A stretch of 32,493 nucleotides of DNA, taken from positions 1-32,493 of the forward strand of contig JAENIZ010000008.1 in the NCBI GenBank assembly GCA_016844485.1, in the 5' to 3' direction. Below, one piece after another: positions 1 to 11,416 of this stretch. The position numbers and the translations under genes were made by a program. The notes under the pieces were generated by a model that made no database searches, was not told where the DNA came from, and worked only from the letters and a program-made list of their open reading frames with translations. The first letter of the stretch is position 1. The number at the start of each line of letters is the position of its first letter. The DNA comes from Gammaproteobacteria bacterium. GTDB lineage: Bacteria; Pseudomonadota; Gammaproteobacteria; Eutrophobiales; Eutrophobiaceae.

Positions 1-3000
1 GGTAATCCCCAGCAACACGGGTTCCCATCGGGCAGGCGTCTTGCCCTCGAACTGAACGCGTTCGTTTTCCTCCAGAACCCGGGCACGCTCCGCCTGTTCA
101 CCTTTGAGGAAGTGTGTATCACCCGGGTCCGTGATTTCGGCCTTGCGCAGCATTTGACGGACAATGACCTCGATATGCTTGTCATTAATCTTCACACCTT
201 GCAGGCGATAGACCTCCTGAATCTCATTCATAATGTAGTTGGCAAGGGCATGCACACCCATCAGGCGCAGTATGTCGTGGGGCGCGGGCGGTCCGTCCGC
301 AATACTTTCCCCCTTCTCGACATGCTCACCCTCAAATACGGTAACATGCCGCCATTTGGGGATCAGTTCCTCATAACGTTCGCCTTCGGGGCCGGTAATG
401 ATCAAACGCTGTTTACCCTTGGTGTCCTTGCCGAAGCTGATGGTCCCGGAGATTTCTGCAAGAATTGCCGGTTCCTTGGGTTTACGCGCCTCAAACAGAT
501 CGGCAACCCGGGGCAAACCACCGGTAATATCACGAGTCTTCAGGGATTCCTGGGGCAAGCGTGCGATGACATCACCCACATTAACCTCGGCTCCATCAGT
601 GACATTAATAACAGCCTTGGGCGGCAGCAGATAATGTGCGGTGTTAGTGGTGCCCGGGATCATCAGTTCCCTACCCTTCGCATCCACCAGTTTTACGATT
701 GGTCGCATATCCTTGGCTGAGGAACTACGCATTTTGGGATCAGCGATCACCAAACTTTCCAGGCCTGTAATCTCATCTTTCTCCCGATCAACAGTAATCC
801 CCTCCACGATATCAGAAAACTGTACCTGTCCCGCGACTTCAGTGATGACCGGATGAGTATGTGGATCCCAGTCAGAGACAATCTGGCCTGGTTGTACTTC
901 CTCACCATCTGTGACTGTTATTACCGCGCCATACGGGATTTTGTAACGTTCCCGTTCACGCCCGACCTCGTCCTGTATCGTGACCTCGCCGGAACGGGAG
1001 ACCACAACCTGATTGCCACTTTCCTGCTGCAGCAATTTCACATTATGCAGCTTCAGTATACCGCCGTTCTTGACTTCGATATTATTGACTGCCGCGGCAC
1101 GGGATGCAGCACCACCGATATGGAAGGTACGCATGGTAAGCTGGGTGCCCGGTTCGCCAATGGATTGTGCTGCAACTACTCCCACGGCCTCGCCGATATT
1201 GACCAGATGCCCCCGGCCAAGATCACGTCCATAACATGCGGCACAGATCCCGTAGCGTGTTTCACAGGTAATCGCGGAACGCACCAGGACCTGATCTATC
1301 CCTGCTTCATCAAGTATATTCACCCAATGTTCATCCAGTAATGTCCCGGCAGGAATTACAACTTCATCCGTTCCTGCCCTGATTGCATCGACAGCGAGTA
1401 CTCTGCCGAGAACACGATCCCGAAGAGGTTCAACAACATCTCCGCCTTCAATCAGCGGCATCATGGCAAAACCCTCACTTGTCCCGCAATCTACATCAGT
1501 AACCACCAGGTCCTGGGCAACATCCACCAGACGCCGGGTAAGATAACCCGAGTTTGCGGTCTTCAAGGCAGTATCAGCCAGGCCCTTGCGTGCACCATGG
1601 GTTGAAATGAAATACTGCAAGACATCCAGGCCTTCACGAAAATTTGCAGTGATCGGGGTTTCGATGATGGAACCATCCGGTTTCGCCATCAATCCACGCA
1701 TACCGGCCAGCTGACGTATCTGGGCCGCAGAACCACGGGCGCCGGAATCCGCCATCATGAAAATGGAATTAAACGAGGTCTGCTTGATTTCATTGCCTTC
1801 ACTATCGTGTACTACTTCCACCCCGAGTTTATCCATCATGGCCTTGGCCACCTGGTCATTGGTGTGGGACCAGATGTCTACCACCTTGTTATAGCGTTCA
1901 CCATTGGTAATCAATCCCGAGGAATATTGATCCTCAAAATTTTTGACCTGCATCTCAGCCTTATGAATGATCGCGTCTTTCTCATCAGGCACGACCATAT
2001 CCTCAATACCGATAGATATACCGGCGCGTGTGGAGTAAGCAAAACCGGCGTACATTAATTTGTCAGCAAAAATAACTGTCGTTTTCAATCCCAATTGGCG
2101 ATAGGCCGTATTGATCAACGTAGATATGGCTTTCTTGTTCATGTCCCTGTTCGCCAGAGAGAATGGCAGACCGTCCGGTAATAATTTTGACAACAGGGCA
2201 CGACCCGCTGTTGTTTCAACCCGGTGGCGTGTCTCAGTACGCTCACCTTGATCATTGATGGTTACCTCCCGTATGCGCACCTTAATCCTGGCATGCAGAT
2301 CAAGAACATTGCTTGCATAGGCGCGATGCACTTCATCAACATCGGCAAGGGCCATACCGGTCCCTTTTGCATTAGCAGATTCACGTGTCAGGTAATAAAG
2401 ACCAAGCACAACATCCTGGGTCGGCACGATGATGGGTTCGCCGTTGGCTGGCGATAACACATTATTGGTTGCCATCATCAGGGTGCGCGCCTCGATCTGC
2501 GCCTCAACAGACAAGGGCACATGTACGGCCATCTGATCACCGTCAAAATCCGCGTTGAACGCAGTACAGACCAGCGGATGTAACTGAATGGCCTTGCCTT
2601 CGATTAATATCGGTTCGAAGGCCTGAATGCCCAACCGGTGCAATGTTGGCGCACGGTTCAGCAACACCGGATGTTCCCGAATGACCTCTTCCAGCACATC
2701 CCAAACCTCCGGGCCCTCACGTTCAACCAGCTTCTTCGCTGCCTTGATCGTTGTCGCGAGACCACGCCGCTCCAGTTTGCTGAAGATGAACGGCTTGAAT
2801 AGTTCGAGCGCCATCTTCTTCGGGATACCGCATTGATGCAGTTTGAGTGTCGGACCGACCACAATCACGGAACGGCCGGAGTAATCGACGCGTTTGCCCA
2901 GGAGGTTCTGACGGAACCGCCCCTGCTTGCCCTTGATCATGTCCGCAAGGGATTTCAATGGTAATTTGTTGGTGCCGGTGATCGCACGTCCCCGCCTGCC

Positions 3001-3927
3001 GTTATCCAGAAGTGCGTCCACTGCTTCCTGCAACATTCGTTTTTCATTACGAACGATAATGTCCGGTGCATTCAGGTCGAGCAGCCGTTTTAACCGATTA
3101 TTACGATTGATGACGCGTCGATATAAATCATTAAGATCGGAAGTCGCAAACCGGCCTCCATCAAGCGGAACCAGCGGGCGTAACTCAGGTGGTAACACCG
3201 GTAATACCTTCATGACCATCCATTCCGGTTTATTGCCGGACGAGAGGAAGGCCTCGAGTAACTTCAGGCGCTTCGACAACTTCTTGAGTTTGGTCTCTGA
3301 TTTGGTCTGTGGGATCTCCTCGCGCAGCTTGGTGACTTCTTCTGCAATAACGATAGTCCCCAATAATTCATGTATCGCCTCTGCGCCCATGCGTGCATCA
3401 AACTCATCACCAAATTGCTCGATGGCCTCAAGATAATTTTCTTCCGCCAGGAGCTGACCACGCTCAAGTTGCGTCATCCCTGGATCGATGACGACATAGG
3501 CCTCGAAATAAAGAACACGTTCGATCTCGCGCAAGGTCATGTCGAGTAACAATCCCATGCGGGAAGGCAGGGATTTCAGATACCAGATATGGGCTACAGG
3601 ACTCGCCAGCTCGATATGCCCCATGCGCTCCCGTCTTACCTTGGACAGGGTGACTTCAACCCCGCATTTCTCGCATACCACACCGCGGTGCTTGAGCCGC
3701 TTGTATTTACCGCAGAGACATTCGTAATCCTTAACCGGGCCAAAGATCTTGGCACAGAACAGGCCATCTCTTTCCGGCTTGAAGGTACGGTAATTGATGG
3801 TCTCAGGTTTCTTAACCTCACCATAAGACCAGGAACGGATCTTTTCCGGTGAAGCCAGGCCTATAGCAATGGCATCAAATTCTTCAACCTGTCCCTGTTG
3901 TTTCAGAAGTTTCAATAAGTCTTTCAA
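1..3927 (-). CDS. rpoC: DNA-directed RNA polymerase subunit beta-prime (partial; C-terminal end lies beyond the left edge)
   Basis: The minus-strand frame is open from 3927 to base 1. No long closed minus ORF is listed here, which fits one ORF leaving the window. My translation starts at TTG (3927..3925) and reads [28 protein letters not shown], with GGAGGT 8 nt upstream. The catalytic [12 protein letters not shown] motif is encoded at about 2521..2556. The last codons in the window read [10 protein letters not shown]. The gene lies directly downstream of rpoB. 1309 codons are present; beta-prime is typically about 1400 aa. Confidence 0.96.
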   Translation of the reverse strand, partial: MKDLLKLLKQQGQVEEFDAIAIGLASPEKIRSWSYGEVKKPETINYRTFKPERDGLFCAKIFGPVKDYECLCGKYKRLKHRGVVCEKCGVEVTLSKVRRERMGHIELASPVAHIWYLKSLPSRMGLLLDMTLREIERVLYFEAYVVIDPGMTQLERGQLLAEENYLEAIEQFGDEFDARMGAEAIHELLGTIVIAEEVTKLREEIPQTKSETKLKKLSKRLKLLEAFLSSGNKPEWMVMKVLPVLPPELRPLVPLDGGRFATSDLNDLYRRVINRNNRLKRLLDLNAPDIIVRNEKRMLQEAVDALLDNGRRGRAITGTNKLPLKSLADMIKGKQGRFRQNLLGKRVDYSGRSVIVVGPTLKLHQCGIPKKMALELFKPFIFSKLERRGLATTIKAAKKLVEREGPEVWDVLEEVIREHPVLLNRAPTLHRLGIQAFEPILIEGKAIQLHPLVCTAFNADFDGDQMAVHVPLSVEAQIEARTLMMATNNVLSPANGEPIIVPTQDVVLGLYYLTRESANAKGTGMALADVDEVHRAYASNVLDLHARIKVRIREVTINDQGERTETRHRVETTAGRALLSKLLPDGLPFSLANRDMNKKAISTLINTAYRQLGLKTTVIFADKLMYAGFAYSTRAGISIGIEDMVVPDEKDAIIHKAEMQVKNFEDQYSSGLITNGERYNKVVDIWSHTNDQVAKAMMDKLGVEVVHDSEGNEIKQTSFNSIFMMADSGARGSAAQIRQLAGMRGLMAKPDGSIIETPITANFREGLDVLQYFISTHGARKGLADTALKTANSGYLTRRLVDVAQDLVVTDVDCGTSEGFAMMPLIEGGDVVEPLRDRVLGRVLAVDAIRAGTDEVVIPAGTLLDEHWVNILDEAGIDQVLVRSAITCETRYGICAACYGRDLGRGHLVNIGEAVGVVAAQSIGEPGTQLTMRTFHIGGAASRAAAVNNIEVKNGGILKLHNVKLLQQESGNQVVVSRSGEVTIQDEVGRERERYKIPYGAVITVTDGEEVQPGQIVSDWDPHTHPVITEVAGQVQFSDIVEGITVDREKDEITGLESLVIADPKMRSSSAKDMRPIVKLVDAKGRELMIPGTTNTAHYLLPPKAVINVTDGAEVNVGDVIARLPQESLKTRDITGGLPRVADLFEARKPKEPAILAEISGTISFGKDTKGKQRLIITGPEGERYEELIPKWRHVTVFEGEHVEKGESIADGPPAPHDILRLMGVHALANYIMNEIQEVYRLQGVKINDKHIEVIVRQMLRKAEITDPGDTHFLKGEQAERARVLEENERVQFEGKTPARWEPVLLGIT

Positions 3928-4004
3928 GGTCTGTTACCTCCACAAGACATAGGGTATACACCTATTCGTATTAAGCCGGTTCTCGCTGGTGTCATGATCA
4001 TGTG

Positions 4005-7000
4005 CTAGTTCTGATCCAGTTCAATGTCGATGGCAAGAGAACGTATCTCTTTCACCAGCACATTGAAGGATTCCGGCATGCCCGCTTCCATGCGATGATC
4101 ACCATCGACAATATTCTTGTACATCTTGCTACGCCCGTTTACATCGTCGGATTTGACGGTGAGCATTTCCTGCAAGGTATAGGCTGCGCCGTAAGCCTCC
4201 AGTGCCCAGACTTCCATCTCACCGAAACGCTGGCCACCGAACTGGGCCTTCCCGCCCAGCGGTTGTTGTGTCACCAGACTATATGGGCCGGTAGAACGGG
4301 CATGCATCTTGTCATCCACCAGATGATTGAGCTTCAGTATGTACATGTAACCCACCGTCACCGGACGATCAAAGGGATCACCCGTACGTCCATCGTAGAG
4401 CCGGGTCTGACCATCCTGCGGTAAATCAGCAAGTGCCAGCATGGATTTAATTTCTGCTTCGCTGGCGCCGTCGAACACGGGTGTCGCCATGGGGACACCT
4501 TCTTTCAAGTTGTCAGCCAGTGCGAAGATTTCACCGTCAGTAAGTGATTTCAGATCCTCCTTCTTGCCGCTGCTGTTGTAGATCTTGTCGAGGAATCTAC
4601 GAATCTCCGTAGCATTGGCCCTGGCTTCGAGTAACTTGCCTATCTTCCTGCCCAGACCTTTGGCAGCCCAGCCAAGATGGGTCTCCAGCACTTGTCCCAC
4701 ATTCATGCGGGAGGGCACACCTAACGGATTAAGCACAAGATCGACCGGCGTACCGTCCTCCATATAGGGCATGTCCTCTACCGGTACAATGGTGGAAATC
4801 ACGCCCTTGTTACCATGACGTCCTGCGATCTTGTCACCCGGTTGAATACGTCGTTTAACAGCGAGATAAACCTTGACCATTTTCAGCACACCAGGGGCAA
4901 GATCATCTCCGGAGGTCAACTTTGCGCGTTTTTCTTCATAGCGTTGATCAAAATCTCCTCTGAGTTTCGTTAACTGTTCTGAAGTCTGTTCCAGTTGACG
5001 GTTGGCTTCTTCATTACGCAGGCGTATCTCAAACCATTTTTCACGCGGTGTGTCGGCAAGATATGCCTTCGTGATCTTGGTATCTGCCTTGAGATGATTA
5101 GGACCACCATCGGCCACTTTACCCAACATCAGTGTCTCGATACGTTGATAAACACCGTCCTCCATGATGCGTAATTGATCATTGAGGTCTTTCCGCACGC
5201 TGTTTAATTCAGACTCTTCAATCTCAAGTGCCCGCGCATCCTTTTCCACACCATCACGGATGAATACCTGAACATCAATGACGGTACCATTCATTCCCGG
5301 TGGCACTCGCAGCGAGGTATCTTTAACATCGGACGCCTTCTCACCAAAGATGGCACGCAACAGTTTTTCTTCCGGGGTCAGCTGGGTTTCGCCTTTGGGT
5401 GTGACTTTACCCGCCAGGATATCTCCGGTATTGACCTCGGCACCGATATAGACAATTCCGGATTCGTCCAGCTTGTTAAGTGCGCTCTCGCTGACATTGG
5501 GTATATCGGATGAAATCTCTTCCGGTCCCAGTTTGGTATCACGTGCCACACAGGTCAGTTCTTCAATATGAATGGTGGTATAGCGATCCTCGTGTACCAG
5601 GCGTTCAGATATCAGGATGGAGTCCTCAAAGTTGTACCCATTCCAGGGCATAAATGCGACCAGCATATTCTGCCCGAGGGCCAGTTCACCCATATCGGTC
5701 GAAGGGCCATCTGCCAGAACATCATTCCTGGCTATAACATCGCCGGGCTTCACCAATGGTCTCTGGTTGATACAGGTATTCTGGTTGGATCGGGTGTATT
5801 TGGTCAGGTTATAGATATCAACCCCTGGTTCTCCCGGATTGATCTCTTCTTCATTCACACGGACAACAATTCTGCTGGCGTCAACGGAATCAACCACACC
5901 ACCACGCTCGGAGATGACCGTAACACCGGAATCCTTTGCCACAGTACGTTCAATGCCTGTTCCTACCAGCGGTTTCTCCGTACGCAATGTCGGGACTGCC
6001 TGACGTTGCATATTCGATCCCATCAAGGCCCGGTTCGCATCGTCATGTTCCAGGAAGGGTATCAGTGATGCGGCAACTGAGACAATCTGCATGGGTGAGA
6101 CATCCATATAATCAACCTTGTCAGGCGTTGATAAGGTGAATTCGTTCTGATAACGGCATGATATCAGTTCATCGGTCAAACGGCCTTTTTCATCCAATGC
6201 GGCGTTGGCCTGTGCTATCACATATTCACCTTCTTCAATGGCAGACAGATATTCGATCTGATTCGTTACTTTATCATGCACAACCTTGCGGTACGGCGTC
6301 TCAAGGAAACCGTAATCATTGGCCCTGGCATAGATCGCGAGTGAGTTGATCAGACCTATGTTCGGTCCTTCAGGGGTTTCAATAGGACACACACGTCCAT
6401 AATGCGTTGGATGCACATCCCGCACTTCGAATCCGGCGCGTTCACGCGTCAGACCACCAGGGCCAAGGGCGGAGATGCGCCGCTTATGTGTTATCTCGGA
6501 CAGGGGATTATTCTGATCCATGAATTGAGACAACTGACTGGAACCAAAAAATTCCTTGATCACTGCCGAGACCGGTTTGGCGTTGATGATCTCCTGCGGC
6601 ATCAGGCCTTCAGATTCCGCCAGACTCAAGCGTTCCTTAACGGCACGTTCAACCCGCACCAGTCCGATACGGAACTGGTTCTCAGCCATCTCACCAACAC
6701 TTCTTACCCGCCGGTTGCCAAGGTGATCAATATCATCCACATAACCTTTGCCATTGCGGATATCGATCAGGACCTGCAAAACACTTATGATATCTTCCTT
6801 TGACAGGACACCTGCACCTTCTATTTCCTTACGACCTACCCTTCGATTGAATTTCATACGACCAACAGCTGACAGATCGTAACGATCAGAGCTGAAAAAC
6901 AGGTTCTTGAACAAATTTTCGGCAGCGTCTTTTGTCGGCGGTTCGCCGGGACGCATCATCCGGTAGATCTCAATCTGTGCCTCCAGCGGCGTCGTCGAAC

Positions 7001-8087
7001 TATCAACGCGCAGGGTATCAGCGATATAGGCACCACGATCCAGATCATTGATATAAAGTGTTTCCAGCGTCAACTCGGGACCGGCCAGGAGTTTCTCAAG
7101 CAGCTCCGCTGTGATCTCCGTATTTGTGTCGGCAATTAATTCACCCGTTTCCTTATCGATAACATCCTTTGCCAGAACATGGCCGATAAGATATTCGGAC
7201 GGTACAGACAGCTCTTTCAATTTTGCCTTTTCTATTTCCTTGATATGTCGCGCAGTAATCCGTCTTTCTTTTTCAACAATGACATTGCCTTTTTTATCTT
7301 TTATATCAAATGAGGCTGTTTCACCGCGTAAACGTTCAGGAACCAGATGCAGCGTTATACCTTTCTTGTCGATAGAGATTTGGTGGGTATCAAAAAAGAT
7401 GTCCAGCATCTCTGTCGTCGTAAACCCGAGGGCACGTAATAAAATAGTGGCAGGGATCTTCCTGCGCCGATCAATACGGCAATACACCAAATCCTTGGCA
7501 TCAAATTCAAAATCCAGCCAGGACCCACGATAAGGGATCACACGGGCTGAATAGAGTAACTTGCCTGATGAATGTGTCTTGCCTTTATCGTGCTCGAAAA
7601 AGACACCCGGAGAGCGATGCAACTGGGAAACAATTACGCGTTCTGTACCGTTAATAACAAAAGTTCCAGTTCTCGTCATCAATGGCATTTCGCCCATATA
7701 AACTTCCTGTTCTTTTATATCCTTGACTACTTTATTATTGACGCCAGCCTCCTTGTCATAAATCACAAGACGCGCCTTAACGCGTAATGATGCGGCATAG
7801 GTTATCCCCCTTAGCTGGCATTCCTTCACGTCAAAAACAGGATTGGAAAGACTGTAACTGACATATTCCAGTACGGCATTTCCGGAATAACTTTCGATGG
7901 GGAACACAGATTTGAAAGCGGCATGCAAACCGATGTCTTTACGTTGCTCCGGAGAAACATCAAGCTGCAGAAACTGTCGAAAAGAATTTATCTGGGTTGC
8001 CAACAGGGGCGGCACTTCCAGAATACTGGGCCGTTTGCCAAAATCCTTGCGTATCCGTTTCTTTTCAGTGTAGGAGTAGCTCATCAT
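4005..8087 (-). CDS. rpoB: DNA-directed RNA polymerase subunit beta
   Basis: 1360-aa ORF starting [18 protein letters not shown]. It contains the Rif-cluster sequence [34 protein letters not shown], plus NMQRQAVP and [13 protein letters not shown]. There are two adjacent ATGs. The GAGGA Shine-Dalgarno is only 3 nt from the first and 6 nt from the second, so the real start may be 8084. Confidence 0.98.
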   Translation of the reverse strand: MMSYSYTEKKRIRKDFGKRPSILEVPPLLATQINSFRQFLQLDVSPEQRKDIGLHAAFKSVFPIESYSGNAVLEYVSYSLSNPVFDVKECQLRGITYAASLRVKARLVIYDKEAGVNNKVVKDIKEQEVYMGEMPLMTRTGTFVINGTERVIVSQLHRSPGVFFEHDKGKTHSSGKLLYSARVIPYRGSWLDFEFDAKDLVYCRIDRRRKIPATILLRALGFTTTEMLDIFFDTHQISIDKKGITLHLVPERLRGETASFDIKDKKGNVIVEKERRITARHIKEIEKAKLKELSVPSEYLIGHVLAKDVIDKETGELIADTNTEITAELLEKLLAGPELTLETLYINDLDRGAYIADTLRVDSSTTPLEAQIEIYRMMRPGEPPTKDAAENLFKNLFFSSDRYDLSAVGRMKFNRRVGRKEIEGAGVLSKEDIISVLQVLIDIRNGKGYVDDIDHLGNRRVRSVGEMAENQFRIGLVRVERAVKERLSLAESEGLMPQEIINAKPVSAVIKEFFGSSQLSQFMDQNNPLSEITHKRRISALGPGGLTRERAGFEVRDVHPTHYGRVCPIETPEGPNIGLINSLAIYARANDYGFLETPYRKVVHDKVTNQIEYLSAIEEGEYVIAQANAALDEKGRLTDELISCRYQNEFTLSTPDKVDYMDVSPMQIVSVAASLIPFLEHDDANRALMGSNMQRQAVPTLRTEKPLVGTGIERTVAKDSGVTVISERGGVVDSVDASRIVVRVNEEEINPGEPGVDIYNLTKYTRSNQNTCINQRPLVKPGDVIARNDVLADGPSTDMGELALGQNMLVAFMPWNGYNFEDSILISERLVHEDRYTTIHIEELTCVARDTKLGPEEISSDIPNVSESALNKLDESGIVYIGAEVNTGDILAGKVTPKGETQLTPEEKLLRAIFGEKASDVKDTSLRVPPGMNGTVIDVQVFIRDGVEKDARALEIEESELNSVRKDLNDQLRIMEDGVYQRIETLMLGKVADGGPNHLKADTKITKAYLADTPREKWFEIRLRNEEANRQLEQTSEQLTKLRGDFDQRYEEKRAKLTSGDDLAPGVLKMVKVYLAVKRRIQPGDKIAGRHGNKGVISTIVPVEDMPYMEDGTPVDLVLNPLGVPSRMNVGQVLETHLGWAAKGLGRKIGKLLEARANATEIRRFLDKIYNSSGKKEDLKSLTDGEIFALADNLKEGVPMATPVFDGASEAEIKSMLALADLPQDGQTRLYDGRTGDPFDRPVTVGYMYILKLNHLVDDKMHARSTGPYSLVTQQPLGGKAQFGGQRFGEMEVWALEAYGAAYTLQEMLTVKSDDVNGRSKMYKNIVDGDHRMEAGMPESFNVLVKEIRSLAIDIELDQN

Positions 8088-8201
8088 TATTCCTCACAAA
8101 ATATTCTGTTACTGCACGCACGCGACGCATGCTCATTGATACTGTCGCTCTTTAACAAGTTTTGTATCCCTGCATATAAATCCGTGACTCGCGCGCAAAC
8201 A

Positions 8202-8226
8202 GGCCGATGGTAATACCACCAGCCTC
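8202..8226 (-). terminator. Possible rplL-rpoB attenuator hairpin
   Basis: The minus strand reads AGGCTGGTGG-TATTA-CCATCGGCCT, a 10-bp stem including two G-U pairs, followed by GTTTG. It lies in the spacer between the expected rplL stop (8264) and rpoB. E. coli has a partial terminator in the equivalent spacer. The U-tract here is weak. Confidence 0.3.
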
Positions 8227-8263
8227 GCGTTTGTCTTGGACAAGAATGCAAATATCAATCTGT

Positions 8264-8625
8264 CTATTTGATTTCGACAGTTGCGCCTGCTTCTTCCAAT
8301 TGCTTCTTGATATCCGCAGCTTCGGTTTTGCTAGCACCTTCCTTGATGGTTGAAGGCACCCCCTCAACAAGATCTTTGGCCTCTTTAAGACCCCTTTGAT
8401 AACACCTACCTTATTTTCACCAAATTTTGTCATGACAACATTAAATTCGGTTTGTTCCTCTGCGGCGGTTGCAGCAGCTGCCGCACCACCCGCAGCGGCA
8501 ACCGGTGCAGCTGCCACAGCGGCAGAAACACCAAATTTATCCTCCATCGCCTTAACAAGCTCGACGACTTCAAGCACTGTCATATTGGAAATGGTTTCTA
8601 AAATATTTTCTTTGCTAACAGCCAT
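8264..8625 (-). pseudogene. rplL: 50S ribosomal protein L7/L12, reading frame disrupted as sequenced
   Basis: ATG at 8625 with GGAG upstream. The N-terminal part is clean L7/L12: [36 protein letters not shown], an Ala-rich hinge, then [23 protein letters not shown]. After the GGGG run (plus strand 8391..8394) the listed frame turns into nonsense ([17 protein letters not shown]...) and runs to 8152. The -1 frame instead reads [42 protein letters not shown] and stops at TAG 8266..8264. The span is 362 nt, which is not a multiple of 3. Confidence 0.85.
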
Positions 8626-8677
8626 GATTGTTACTCCTAGATTAAATTTCAGATCATTCGATTCATCGTTAATTGAG

Positions 8678-9205
8678 TTATGCGGCTTGCTTTTGATCCC
8701 GCACAGCGGCGATAGTCCTGACCAGCTTTGCATGCGGCGCTGCCAGTGTCCTGGCCAATGCCGCAATTGGTGCAATCATGACACTCATCAACATGCTGAT
8801 GGCCTGATCATAACTGGGCAGATTGGCAAGCGCTTCAAGATCAGAAGGTTTTAACAACTTACCATCCAGAGCAACCAGCTTAATTACAAGTTTGTCATGC
8901 TCTTTCGCAAAATTGCGGATCACCTTTGCAGCTGCGCCTGGTTCCTGTGTCGAGAAAGCAAGGAGCAATGGACCAACCAACCCTTCACGCATGCAATCGA
9001 ATTTTGTATTTTCCAACGCCCTGCGCGCCAGGGTGTTTCTGACTACGCGCAGATAAACACCAGCTTCGCGTGCCGCCCGACGTAATTTTGTCAGTTCCGC
9101 CACACTTATACCGGTATATTCCGCTGCAATAGCAGAAGGAGCACTTGCCGCAACCTCAGCAACCTCATTAACGATTGCCTTTTTTGCTTCCAGTGTAAGA
9201 CTCAC
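8678..9205 (-). CDS. rplJ: 50S ribosomal protein L10
   Basis: 175-aa ORF with a GTG start at 9205 preceded by GAGGAG. The sequence [19 protein letters not shown]...[14 protein letters not shown] is typical L10. Its position between rplA and rplL is conserved. Confidence 0.95.
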   Translation of the reverse strand: MSLTLEAKKAIVNEVAEVAASAPSAIAAEYTGISVAELTKLRRAAREAGVYLRVVRNTLARRALENTKFDCMREGLVGPLLLAFSTQEPGAAAKVIRNFAKEHDKLVIKLVALDGKLLKPSDLEALANLPSYDQAISMLMSVMIAPIAALARTLAAPHAKLVRTIAAVRDQKQAA

Positions 9206-9606
9206 AACTTATACTCCTCTTGTTGATAGGCAGTCTCGAACAGTAATATCAATTGCTATCTGGCAATTCATAATTCTGTCCGGCAATCCTTGCCTGATTG
9301 CCCAGGATCACTCAAGGTTTCGTAGCGTCCTCACGAAGGCACTAACGTGCATTAATAAGGCTGCAGCCTGAAACCCGCCCTTTACGGTGACCCTTCCCAG
9401 GAATGACCTGTTTGAGTAACACCGTCTGCGTGAGCCAGCGTAATCGCCATCAAGCTACCCGGTATTAACGGATTGCGCTCACGGTCTTTGACGTCTGGTG
9501 ATTTCCATCCACCAGTCCAAAGCTTTTACTACGTGAAGCGTTCCTCGTGATGCGTGTGTTTATATAGATCACCGCTTCACGATTCACGAAATACGATTCA
9601 CGTTAT
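9206..9606 (-). promoter_or_regulatory. Long untranslated rplA-rplJ spacer, likely rplJ leader and internal promoter region
   Basis: 401-nt non-coding spacer upstream of rplJ. In E. coli the equivalent leader carries the L10 promoter and the L10-(L12)4 autoregulatory site. Visible structure here includes a long-range stem CGTGAGC (9429..9435) / GCTCACG (9477..9483) and a hairpin CTGGTG...CACCAG near 9496..9516. The function is inferred from position only. Confidence 0.4.
9575..9602. repeat. Tandem heptanucleotide array (4 units)
   Basis: The plus strand reads CTTCACG ATTCACG AAATACG ATTCACG. On the transcribed minus strand this is CGTGAAT-type units. The array starts 4 nt after the rplA stop codon. 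Confidence 0.75.
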
Positions 9607-10302
9607 TCAAATCGATAATGTGCTCTGATCAACTATCAGCCCCGGACCCATGGTGGTCGACAGTGATATTTTCTTCATATAAATACCCTTGGCAGTGCCC
9701 GGTTTTGCCTTGACCAAATCATGCAACAGCACTTCCAGATTTTCTCTGAGTGCACCCGGTGCAAACGATACCTTGCCAATCACACAATGAATAATGCCAT
9801 TTTTATCCGTCCGGTAACGAACCTGGCCCGCCTTGGCATTGGTAACTGCCTGCTTGACATCTTTAGTCACGGTACCCACCTTGGGATTTGGCATCAAACC
9901 ACGAGGACCCAGTACTTTGCCGAGCTTGCTCAAGGCAGGCATGGCATCGGGGGTCGCAATCACCACATGAAAATCCAGATCGCCCCCTTGCATGCGTTCA
10001 ACAAGATCATCAAAACCGACAGCATCGGCACCGGCTGCCTTGGCTGCTTCCGCCTGTTCATCCCGGGCAAAAACAGCCACCCTGACCGATTTACCGGTAC
10101 CCTTGGGTAATACTGACGAACCTCTCACCGCCTGCTCAGACTTGCGCGGATCGATACCCAGATTAATCGCAACTTCAACTGACTCGTCAAATTTCACGGT
10201 CGAAAACTCTTTCAATAACTGAAGCGCCTCCATGACCGGATACTGCTTGCCTAGCTCAAGTTTTTCACGTATTGCCTTGAAACGTTTGGTCAACTTCGCC
10301 AT
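9607..10302 (-). CDS. rplA: 50S ribosomal protein L1
   Basis: 231-aa ORF starting [16 protein letters not shown], with later [12 protein letters not shown]. Full-length L1, located directly after rplK. Confidence 0.97.
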   Translation of the reverse strand: MAKLTKRFKAIREKLELGKQYPVMEALQLLKEFSTVKFDESVEVAINLGIDPRKSEQAVRGSSVLPKGTGKSVRVAVFARDEQAEAAKAAGADAVGFDDLVERMQGGDLDFHVVIATPDAMPALSKLGKVLGPRGLMPNPKVGTVTKDVKQAVTNAKAGQVRYRTDKNGIIHCVIGKVSFAPGALRENLEVLLHDLVKAKPGTAKGIYMKKISLSTTMGPGLIVDQSTLSI

Positions 10303-10304
10303 GG

Positions 10305-10736
10305 CTATACTCCTTCCGTCTCAATTCCCATACTACGGGCAGTGCCGGCAATGGTGCGTACCGCAGCATCCAGATCAGCGGCGGTAAGATCAGGCTCCTT
10401 TGTTTTTGCTATCTTTTCAAGTTGTTCGCGAGTGACCTTGCCAACCTTGTTGCTATTCGGCGTACCGCTACCACTCTCAACACCTGCCGCTTTCTTTAAC
10501 AGATGTGCGGCCGGTGTAGTCTTGGTAACAAAAGTAAAGCTTTTGTCTGAATAAACAGTAAGTACCACTGGTACCGGTAAACCAGGTTCCATCCCCTGTG
10601 TCTTGGCATTAAACGCCTTGCAGAATTCCATGATGTTAATACCGTGCTGACCAAGGGCGGGGCCGACGGGTGGACTGGGATTGGCCTGTCCCGCAGAGAC
10701 CTGCAGTTTAATATAGGTATCAATTTTTTTAGCCAC
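10305..10736 (-). CDS. rplK: 50S ribosomal protein L11
   Basis: The ORF track extends this gene to 10778. The L11 sequence begins at (V)[47 protein letters not shown] at 10736 is preceded by AAGGAG and a 6-nt spacer, giving 143 aa. Confidence 0.92.
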   Translation of the reverse strand: MAKKIDTYIKLQVSAGQANPSPPVGPALGQHGINIMEFCKAFNAKTQGMEPGLPVPVVLTVYSDKSFTFVTKTTPAAHLLKKAAGVESGSGTPNSNKVGKVTREQLEKIAKTKEPDLTAADLDAAVRTIAGTARSMGIETEGV

Positions 10737-10782
10737 AATTATCTCCTTGGGTAATAACGCCTTTCGGCTCCACGTCAACTTC

Positions 10783-10876
10783 TAGTGATTAGTGATTTGT
10801 AAATTGTAAGTAGTACAGTAAGTTGTATGTTTATTTCTCTTTAACAAATTACTAATCACGAATTACCAATCACTAT
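10783..10876. repeat. Inverted pair of 7-nt-periodic arrays in the nusG-rplK spacer
   Basis: Left arm: TAGTGAT TAGTGAT TTGTAAA TTGTAAG TAGTACA (10783..10817). Right arm: AATTACT AATCACG AATTACC AATCACT (10847..10874). The arms are imperfect reverse complements and could form a long AT-rich hairpin. The reverse complement of 10851..10873 matches 28637..28659 at 21 of 23 positions. Confidence 0.75.
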
Positions 10877-10879
10877 CAT

Positions 10880-11413
10880 TTAATCTTTCTCAACCTGTCC
10901 AAATTCGAGCTCAACAGGTGTTGAACGGCCAAATATCAAGACCGATACGCGCAACCGGCTTTTCTCGAAATTCACTTCTTCCACGACACCATTAAAATCA
11001 GTAAATGGCCCGTCAGTAACACGCACCACTTCACCCGGTTCAAACAAGATTTTCGGTCTTGGCTTATCAACCCCATCTTCAACCCGCTGCAAAATTGCAT
11101 CTGCTTCCGCATCAGATATGGGCGCCGGATTATCACTCGTTCCACCTATAAATCCAAGTACACGCGGCGTATCCTTTACCAGATGCCAGGTGTCGTTATT
11201 CATCTCCATCTGCACCAGGACATATCCAGGGAAAAACTTACGGTCACTTTTACGTTTCTTCCCGTCCCGCATTTCCACAACTTCTTCGGTAGGGACGAGG
11301 ATTTCCCCAAATTTGTCTCCGAGTCCACTGCGTTGTATCCGTTCCTTTAAAGAACGCATCACATGATCTTCGAATCCTGAGTAGGCATGCACCACATACC
11401 AGCGCAATGCCAT
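10880..11413 (-). CDS. nusG: Transcription termination/antitermination factor NusG
   Basis: 177-aa ORF starting [18 protein letters not shown], with the KOW motif [27 protein letters not shown] Shine-Dalgarno lies inside the end of secE. Confidence 0.97.
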   Translation of the reverse strand: MALRWYVVHAYSGFEDHVMRSLKERIQRSGLGDKFGEILVPTEEVVEMRDGKKRKSDRKFFPGYVLVQMEMNNDTWHLVKDTPRVLGFIGGTSDNPAPISDAEADAILQRVEDGVDKPRPKILFEPGEVVRVTDGPFTDFNGVVEEVNFEKSRLRVSVLIFGRSTPVELEFGQVEKD

Positions 11414-11416
11414 GGT

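Noticed and set aside
112-1341. Plus-strand ORFs of 202 aa (112..720), 162 aa (853..1341) and smaller ones, lying opposite rpoC.
   Set aside because: They lie entirely antisense to a strongly conserved, uninterrupted rpoC frame. Their sequences are low-complexity with no recognisable motifs. These are typical shadow ORFs.
4002-7787. Plus-strand ORFs of 60-166 aa (for example 4002..4424, 5568..6068, 6402..6803, 7111..7533), lying opposite rpoB.
   Set aside because: They are antisense shadow ORFs inside rpoB. They have no Shine-Dalgarno sequence, no motifs and no intergenic room.
8626-8775. A 50-codon N-terminal extension of the listed rplL ORF ([11 protein letters not shown]...).
   Set aside because: It overlaps the 3' end of rplJ. 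The L7/L12 sequence starts at the ATG at 8625, which has its own GGAG Shine-Dalgarno.
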